From contig WFTQ01000084.1 of assembly GCA_015485355.1 (NCBI GenBank), positions 10,104 through 74,103 of the forward strand: a stretch of DNA of 64,000 bases, written 5' to 3'. Below are positions 58,366-64,000 of this stretch, piece by piece; position 1 is the first letter of the stretch; every line of letters starts with the position of its first letter. Under the pieces are notes generated by a model. That model was given only the letters and a program-made list of their open reading frames with translations, was not told the origin of the DNA and searched no databases. The DNA is from a bacterium. Its GTDB lineage: Bacteria; Calditrichota; Calditrichia; RBG-13-44-9; J042. The translations under genes and the position numbers were made by a program.

Positions 58366-58752
58366 TTAAACTTCGGGTCGCCAGGCGATGCATTCAATCT
58401 CCACCAGTACATCTTTCGGTAATCGACTGACTTCCACCGCCGAACGGGCAGGCGGATCAGAAGGAAAAAATTCTGCATACACCTCGTTCATCCGGGGGAA
58501 ATCCTCCATATTTTTTAAAAAAACCGTGGTTTTGACCACCTGACTCAGATCGCTTCCGGCGGCTTTCAATACCGCGGCAAGATTCTGTAAAACCCGACGG
58601 GTCTGGGCCTTGATGTCGCCCTCGAGCAACTTTCCTGTTCGGGGATCGATCGCGATCTGACCCGCGGTAAACACCAGCCGATCCACCACAACGGCCTGAT
58701 TATAAGGCCCTACCGGTGCCGGCGCTTCGGTGGTGTGAACAATCTGTTTCAT
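58366..58752 (-). CDS. RidA family reactive-intermediate (enamine/imine) deaminase
   Basis: 128 aa. [14 protein letters not shown]...[10 protein letters not shown]...[13 protein letters not shown]...[23 protein letters not shown], the canonical YjgF/RidA fold sequence. Confidence 0.85.
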   Translation of the reverse strand: MKQIVHTTEAPAPVGPYNQAVVVDRLVFTAGQIAIDPRTGKLLEGDIKAQTRRVLQNLAAVLKAAGSDLSQVVKTTVFLKNMEDFPRMNEVYAEFFPSDPPARSAVEVSRLPKDVLVEIECIAWRPEV

Positions 58753-58822
58753 GCCCGACCTCCCCTGTTGACTTGAACGGGTTCATTCAACCTCCCGACA
58801 CCAACCCCTCCCATAGGATGTC

Positions 58823-59440
58823 TCAAATCAATATGCGCTCCAGGCTCCCCTTACCTTCCCGTATCACTTCTATCTCCTCCCGTACTACTTTAATGATGGT
58901 GGATTCTTCGGCATCGGGTAAGGGACCGGCATCTAAAAACACTTCGGCTTGATGATGATACCGCTGCTCAATTTCCTGGGGATCGTTTAACAATTCGCCC
59001 TCTTCCAGGTTCACCGAGGTATTGGCCAGCGGGTATCCTAATGTGCGCACAATCTGAATCACCATGCGATTGTCCGGAATCCGTATGCCCACCTCTTTGC
59101 GCCGGGCCAGCATTAATTTAGGAATTTCCCGAGTCGCTTCCAGAATAACCGTATAGGGTCCCGGAAAACACCGTTTCAAAACCCGAAAAGCGAAGTTGGT
59201 GATACGGGCATACCGGGAGGCCTGCTGAATGGATTCACAAATCAAACTCATCGGTTCGAATTTGGTTTTGCCCTTTAACCGGTAAACGGCTTCCAGAGCC
59301 TGTTTCCTATACAAACTGCAGCCCACACCATAAACCGTATCGGTAGGGTAGATAATCAACTTGCCTTCACGAAGCGCTTCCACAGCCCTATTGATCGATC
59401 GTTGATGAGGGGAATCCACATAAACCTTAAATCGAATCAT
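58823..59440 (-). CDS. tsaC: L-threonylcarbamoyladenylate synthase (YrdC/TsaC type, Sua5/YciO/YrdC family)
   Basis: 205 aa. GKLIIYPTDTVYGVGCS (KxR...TDTxYG motif), FPGPYTVIL and VGIRIPDN match the YrdC-domain consensus. Confidence 0.8.
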   Translation of the reverse strand: MIRFKVYVDSPHQRSINRAVEALREGKLIIYPTDTVYGVGCSLYRKQALEAVYRLKGKTKFEPMSLICESIQQASRYARITNFAFRVLKRCFPGPYTVILEATREIPKLMLARRKEVGIRIPDNRMVIQIVRTLGYPLANTSVNLEEGELLNDPQEIEQRYHHQAEVFLDAGPLPDAEESTIIKVVREEIEVIREGKGSLERILI

Positions 59441-59942
59441 GTACGCCCAGCGCCTCCACCCAAAGTGTTAATAAAAAATAAGATAAAATACCCATCTGCG
59501 TTTTACAACTACTTATTCAGACGAAGAGGGCTCGGACGTGTTGATCCCTGGAACCGTTTGCGCCCCGGCGAGGGTCACGCCTTTCCCGGACCCACGTCCC
59601 CCCTTACCCGGGGAGTCATCGCCGAATGCCGGCGAAAGGACCATACCCGTTACGGGATTGGATCACCGAAAACCGGAGAGCACCCCGGGGGCAGGAGAAC
59701 GGGATCGCTGCGGTGCTTAAGGCCGCTATTTTGCCTCAAGCACTGGGGGCCTTCAGGTGGGGAAATCGGAATCAATCGCCATTGCCGCTGGAGTGACCGG
59801 CGGCCGGGCCAAGGGGCCGCAAAACCGGCTACCACCGGGAAAAGAACTTCGAGCAAACGCCGGAGGCCGTCTATGGGCAAACGAGCGCATCCTCCAACAG
59901 GATTCCATCGTAGAGGGGACGAGGATTAACTTTTCGGCGAGG

Positions 59943-61151
59943 TCAGGCGGTAATGCCCACGCCCGGCAGCACCTGGGCCCACAATTGATCCAGTTGTAAA
60001 TGTCGGCTCCCCGTCATCAATACTGTGGTTCGGGGTTCCAAGAACGGCTGCAGGGTGTCCGGCACTTCCCGGGGATCGCGACACACTTTAACAATTTTGT
60101 TGGTATGATTGATCTGGCGAATGCCTTCGGCAATAAATCGGGCTCCTTCCCCAACCGTAATGATGACATCGATCGGCAGGGCGGAAATATAATACCCCGC
60201 TTTCAAATGGGTTTCGGAAACCCGGGGACCCGGATCACTGATATCTCCGATCACCAGAACCAGAAGATTGGAGTACGGACGGAATTGAACCAGACTTTCG
60301 CAGACCTTGCTGACTGAATTCGTGGTGGTATCGTAGGTATAATCCAGGAAGAATATGTCCTGAGCGGTGATCAAATTTCCCCGGTGTTCCAGAACATTGA
60401 ATTTCTCTTCCAACACGTCCCGGATACTGGGAAATTCGATGCCCAGCACCCGGGCCGCCGCAATAGCAGCTAGGGCATTGTAAATAAATGCCGAACTATA
60501 CACATGAAGATGAAAACGGTAGAAATCGTTCAATAAAAATTCGATGCCCTCGGGTCCCAGGTAACGAATGTTGGAAGCATAGAAGTGGGCGTTGGTATTC
60601 AGTCCAAACTTGATGATCCGACGCGTGTGAGAAAACTTATCCATGGCACTGACCAGATCATCGTCCATATTCAAAATGGCAAAACCCTCCTCGGGCAAAT
60701 TCCGCACCAGCTCCACTTTGGCATCGGCAATCAAATATTTATCTCCCTGAGAAGCTAAATGGGCTTCGCCGATATTGGTTACAATGCCGATATTGGGTTC
60801 GGCTACACTCACCGCCAGTTCAAACTGTTGGGGATTGATGATCCCCAATTCCAGCAAAGCATATTGGTGGGTCTTGTTCAGTTTTAACAGGGTGGCGGTA
60901 ACGGCGGAAGCGGTCGAACAATCCAGTGGGGTTTCCAGCACATGGCCGAATTGAGACAAGATGGTGGCCAACATCCGCTTGGTGGTCGACTTGCCCTCTG
61001 TACCCGCAATGCCGATCACCGGGATATCGAACTGTTTACGGTGATCGAGAATCTTTCGCAGATTCAACAAAATGTAATCGGAAAGCTCCTCGTGGGTATC
61101 TAAGGAAATCTCATCGAAATAGAGCTTTTCAGGCGATTTACGCTGGGACAA
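59943..61151 (-). CDS. Mur ligase family protein (MurF/CapB-like; specific substrate unclear)
   Basis: 402 aa. P-loop IGIAGTEGKSTTKRML of the Mur ligase central domain and the downstream TNIGEAHL motif. Lacks the full three-domain length of MurC-F. Confidence 0.6.
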   Translation of the reverse strand: MSQRKSPEKLYFDEISLDTHEELSDYILLNLRKILDHRKQFDIPVIGIAGTEGKSTTKRMLATILSQFGHVLETPLDCSTASAVTATLLKLNKTHQYALLELGIINPQQFELAVSVAEPNIGIVTNIGEAHLASQGDKYLIADAKVELVRNLPEEGFAILNMDDDLVSAMDKFSHTRRIIKFGLNTNAHFYASNIRYLGPEGIEFLLNDFYRFHLHVYSSAFIYNALAAIAAARVLGIEFPSIRDVLEEKFNVLEHRGNLITAQDIFFLDYTYDTTTNSVSKVCESLVQFRPYSNLLVLVIGDISDPGPRVSETHLKAGYYISALPIDVIITVGEGARFIAEGIRQINHTNKIVKVCRDPREVPDTLQPFLEPRTTVLMTGSRHLQLDQLWAQVLPGVGITA

Positions 61152-61668
61152 TTGACTTCTCCCTCGTTGGTTTCGGCATTATACGGTTTATGAGATCCAC
61201 AGTGTCTTGCATTATACACGCTGCACGGCTTCCGATTATGTCTTAAATCAAAAAACGGCAATCGGTTTAGATAACGTTTACGGTCAAATGCGCAATGGGT
61301 TCCCCCGTCTGCAAATGTCGTTGTCCCACACAGAAAAACGCCTTTCCTCAGGAAACCGAATTTAATCGTGAAAACGGAAAAAAGTAAAGCTTAGGGAAAT
61401 TCCGGCCCTTGTCCGATGATGTTTTCGGGAAAAATCCCATTCCAAAATCGGCATTTTCCGGAAAAAATTAATCATATTCTGGATTTTCCCGCAGAAACAA
61501 TGTTCGACCACCGGTGGGGAAATCCGCCGCCGATCTTCGAGGGGTGGGTGTGTTGGCCTCAGGCCCCCTCGAATCCACGGCCGAAGGATACCCTTCTTCC
61601 CTCACCGAAGCCCATTCTCCGGGCGGGGAGCCAAAGCCGAGGATCAGCTATGGAAGATTTTCCGGGTG

Positions 61669-62463
61669 TTAAATAAACTGAAGTTCGGGAATATATTCCA
61701 GTTGCCTGTAATAAAACAGATAATGGTAGTATTCTCTTAAATGTTGCCAGATGGTTTCGTCGGGATCATAACGGTAGAGCTTCTCCAGAACATCGGCGTA
61801 ATAGTCCCAATCATTCAAATGATGCTGGGCGTAGGCGCGGGCGATTTTAACCACATTTCTTAGTCCCAGCTCCCTGGTTTGCAGCAGGACTTCCAGCAGA
61901 TCGGTGGCTTGAAAATCTTTGCGCACCGCCAGCACGCCGTGAAGGAAGGACAGTCCCATTTTTTCGGACCAGTTTTCAATGAGATCCAATTTTGCATCGC
62001 TTTGCAGATCCACTTCCAACGCCTGATTGCCCGTATAGCAACAGGCCGGATAATCCGTCAGCGCCTGCTCTACTAAACCGGGTAACGGTACCGCCCGCCA
62101 GACCGGCTCGAGCTCATACATTTCGTTCAGTACCAGGCGGGCCAACACATGGTAGTGATTTCCCGGCCCCTGAAAGGCAATGGTTGTCAGTTCTCTCATG
62201 GCGCTGCGGAAAAAGAGCAGGCATACCTTTCCTTCGCTTTCGCTGAAGACGGCCAGCTCTTTCACCAGCCGCAGCTCCGAAGCATAACGGGCGTATTCCA
62301 GGGGAGAAATCCAGGCTACATCCAGGGTCCCCTGTAACAACTCCCGACAATTTTTCTCCAGGTCACCCCGCACCACCCGAAAGGGATGCTTGTAATGGGG
62401 ATCCTCCAGAAGAAACGTTACCGGTCGAAATATGAAGTCAGTTGTAATCCCCAACCGGTTCAT
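61669..62463 (-). CDS. MqnA/MqnD-family (VitK2_biosynth/DUF178) protein, putative futalosine-pathway menaquinone biosynthesis enzyme
   Basis: 264 aa beginning MNRLGITTDFIFRPVTFLLED...DVAWISPLEYAR, resembling the LGxIxYLNxxP...DxALISSxxY pattern of periplasmic-binding-fold MqnA/MqnD proteins. Assignment by eye only. Confidence 0.45.
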   Translation of the reverse strand: MNRLGITTDFIFRPVTFLLEDPHYKHPFRVVRGDLEKNCRELLQGTLDVAWISPLEYARYASELRLVKELAVFSESEGKVCLLFFRSAMRELTTIAFQGPGNHYHVLARLVLNEMYELEPVWRAVPLPGLVEQALTDYPACCYTGNQALEVDLQSDAKLDLIENWSEKMGLSFLHGVLAVRKDFQATDLLEVLLQTRELGLRNVVKIARAYAQHHLNDWDYYADVLEKLYRYDPDETIWQHLREYYHYLFYYRQLEYIPELQFI

Positions 62464-63982
62464 TTTGACGGCGACTCCAACGGCTCTCCTTCGATTCGTT
62501 CGGATTAAACGCCGGTAAAAACAGATAACAATCGGTACCCTTGTTCAATTCGCTCTCAAAATAGATGATCCCATCATTCTCTTTAATGATTTGATAAACG
62601 ATGGACAAGCCTAATCCGGTGCCGAAAGTTTTGGTCGTAAAAAACGGATTAAAAATTTGTTTTAAATTTTCCGGGGAAATGCCACAGCCATTGTCCTTTA
62701 TCAAAATCAACACATAAGGATGCTCGGTGATCCGGGCATGGAACGGTTTGCGGGAAAATCTCTCGGCCACTTTTTCTCCCGGTAGGATGCTGATCTGGAT
62801 CTCTCCATCCTTTTCGATGGCCTCGATGCTGTTTAAAATCAGGTTCATAAAAACCTGTTGAATCTGGGAGCTGTCCACGTAAATTTCCGGCAAATCGGGA
62901 TACAAGGACTCCGTTACCCGAATATTATGTTCCCGGAATTTTTGTTTCAGCAGGCCGATGACATCTCGCAGAATGGTTTCGATATTGCAGAATTGGCGAT
63001 TCGGTTTTTGAGGCTTGGCATAGGAGAACAGCGAGCGCAGCATCTCATCCAGCCGGTTGACCTGCCGAATGATACGCCGAACGTATTCGTTTTTCGGGTC
63101 GTCGGAATTCAATTCCTCTTCAAAAGTTTGAGCAATGGCCTTAATACCCGCCAGCGGGTTACGAATTTCATGCGCAATTCCCGAGGCCATCACCCCTAGG
63201 GAGGCCAGGCGCTCCATGCGCCGCATCTCTTCCTGAAGTTCCTTGCTGTAGGTAATATCTTTCAAAGAAATGATATAACCCGCGGTGCCGCCCTCTTCGT
63301 CCTTATAGTCGTGCACGGTAAACCCCACCAGCAGCTTTTCTCCATGCGAGTTGGTCAGCAGCAGCTCCGGTCGCTCAAAGGTGGTGGAGGACGGATGACG
63401 GGAGTTTAAAATGGTGCGAATGTTTTGGTCGTTCATCACATCGGTCAGGCGCTTGTACGTTACCGCTTCCGGAGCAATGCCCAGCAGATCCGAAGCCATT
63501 TTGTTGAGATAAAGAATACGCAACTCCTCGCTGATCACCAATATCCCAAAGTTTAGCTGGTTAATGATCCGATCCAGAAACTGGTAAGAAAATTTCCAGA
63601 CCCGGTTGTCCAGATTTTCGCGTACCTGAGATTTCAATCCTTCCAGGTAAAAGGCATATTCAAAAAGCTTCCCGAAGAATTGGATCACTCGATAATCGGC
63701 TTCCGAGAACGGTTGTTCATCGGTACGCAGAGTAAGCAACACTCCCCGGGTTTCGTTCTGAAATACAATGGGATAAGTAATAAAGGAGCGTACGTTGAGG
63801 TTTAAAATCGATCGTAAATAGACCAGCAAATTGTTTTCCCCGGTAACGCGGTTCAGGATGGTGGGTTGTTTCAGCCGTACGGCTTTGACCACCGTGGGCA
63901 GATCATCAATGCGCATCGTCCAGGGCTCATCGATGACCGATTCGGGATCGGCCGCCTGTAAGAAGAGTTCGTCATCGGTCAA
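62438..63982 (-). CDS. sensor histidine kinase with N-terminal GAF/PAS sensory domains
   Basis: HisKA H-box LASLGVMASGIAHEIRNPLAGIK; HATPase N, G1, G2 boxes (NLILNSIEA, DNGCGI, GTGLGLSIV); PAS-like segment upstream. The start may lie beyond the window end. Confidence 0.8.
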   Translation of the reverse strand: MTDDELFLQAADPESVIDEPWTMRIDDLPTVVKAVRLKQPTILNRVTGENNLLVYLRSILNLNVRSFITYPIVFQNETRGVLLTLRTDEQPFSEADYRVIQFFGKLFEYAFYLEGLKSQVRENLDNRVWKFSYQFLDRIINQLNFGILVISEELRILYLNKMASDLLGIAPEAVTYKRLTDVMNDQNIRTILNSRHPSSTTFERPELLLTNSHGEKLLVGFTVHDYKDEEGGTAGYIISLKDITYSKELQEEMRRMERLASLGVMASGIAHEIRNPLAGIKAIAQTFEEELNSDDPKNEYVRRIIRQVNRLDEMLRSLFSYAKPQKPNRQFCNIETILRDVIGLLKQKFREHNIRVTESLYPDLPEIYVDSSQIQQVFMNLILNSIEAIEKDGEIQISILPGEKVAERFSRKPFHARITEHPYVLILIKDNGCGISPENLKQIFNPFFTTKTFGTGLGLSIVYQIIKENDGIIYFESELNKGTDCYLFLPAFNPNESKESRWSRRQNEPVGDYN

Positions 63983-64000
63983 ACGTTGAAAAAAAAAGAG

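Noticed and set aside
59441-59942. RNase P RNA, tmRNA or SRP RNA in the long GC-rich gap
   Set aside because: Looked for the universally conserved motifs (GGAAAGUCCGG / ACAGAAACCCGGCUUA for RNase P; 5' GGGG..UUCGAC and 3' UCCACCA-proximal for tmRNA; GUCAGGUCCGGAAGGAAGCAGC for SRP RNA) on both strands and did not find them. The region stays as an unexplained candidate in the findings rather than a named RNA.
1-64000. CRISPR arrays, transposases/integrases, prophage or defence-island signatures
   Set aside because: No regularly spaced direct repeats, no recombinase/transposase-like translations, no terminal inverted repeats and no compositional island. The window appears to be core chromosome.

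Overview
This 64 kb window looks like ordinary chromosomal core from a moderately GC-rich bacterium of the Bacteroidota/Ignavibacteriota/Chlorobiota-like (FCB) lineage. The lineage call is inference: it rests on a UpxY-type NusG paralog, GWxTD, DUF3108, DUF5683 and DUF2279 proteins, and a TonB-dependent receptor with a CarboxypepD_reg-like N-terminus.

Main content, in order:
- glgC, recG, lolE-lolD, lysS.
- An orphan UpxY antiterminator, an outer-membrane beta-barrel, an unannotated tatA, thiI.
- A complete pstS-pstC-pstA-pstB-phoU operon followed by a TonB-dependent receptor; pstC and pstA carry unusually large N-terminal periplasmic domains.
- An accessory-looking patch: GT2, rhodanese, TPR, a wHTH/PD-(D/E)xK-like hypothetical, a SelW/Rdx-type selenoprotein with an in-frame UGA, DUF445, and a B12-binding radical SAM protein.
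- purU, two tRNA-Pro genes on opposite strands, pcm.
- The conserved rimP-nusA-(L7Ae)-infB-(DUF503)-rbfA-truB-ribF-rpsO-pnp superoperon on the minus strand.
- dnaA with an AT-rich flank (candidate oriC), rpmB, a GWxTD protein, rimO, ftsY, UbiA and MqnA-like menaquinone hints, RidA, tsaC, a Mur-ligase-family protein and a sensor histidine kinase.

No transposases, integrases, CRISPR arrays or rRNA genes were seen. The most notable single item is the small selenoprotein gene (25765..25992), which the ORF track misses because of its in-frame TGA. Several long GC-rich non-coding stretches (4591..4923, 59441..59942, 61152..61668) are unexplained and could hold ncRNAs. All calls come from reading the translations and sequence motifs by eye; no database searches were possible.
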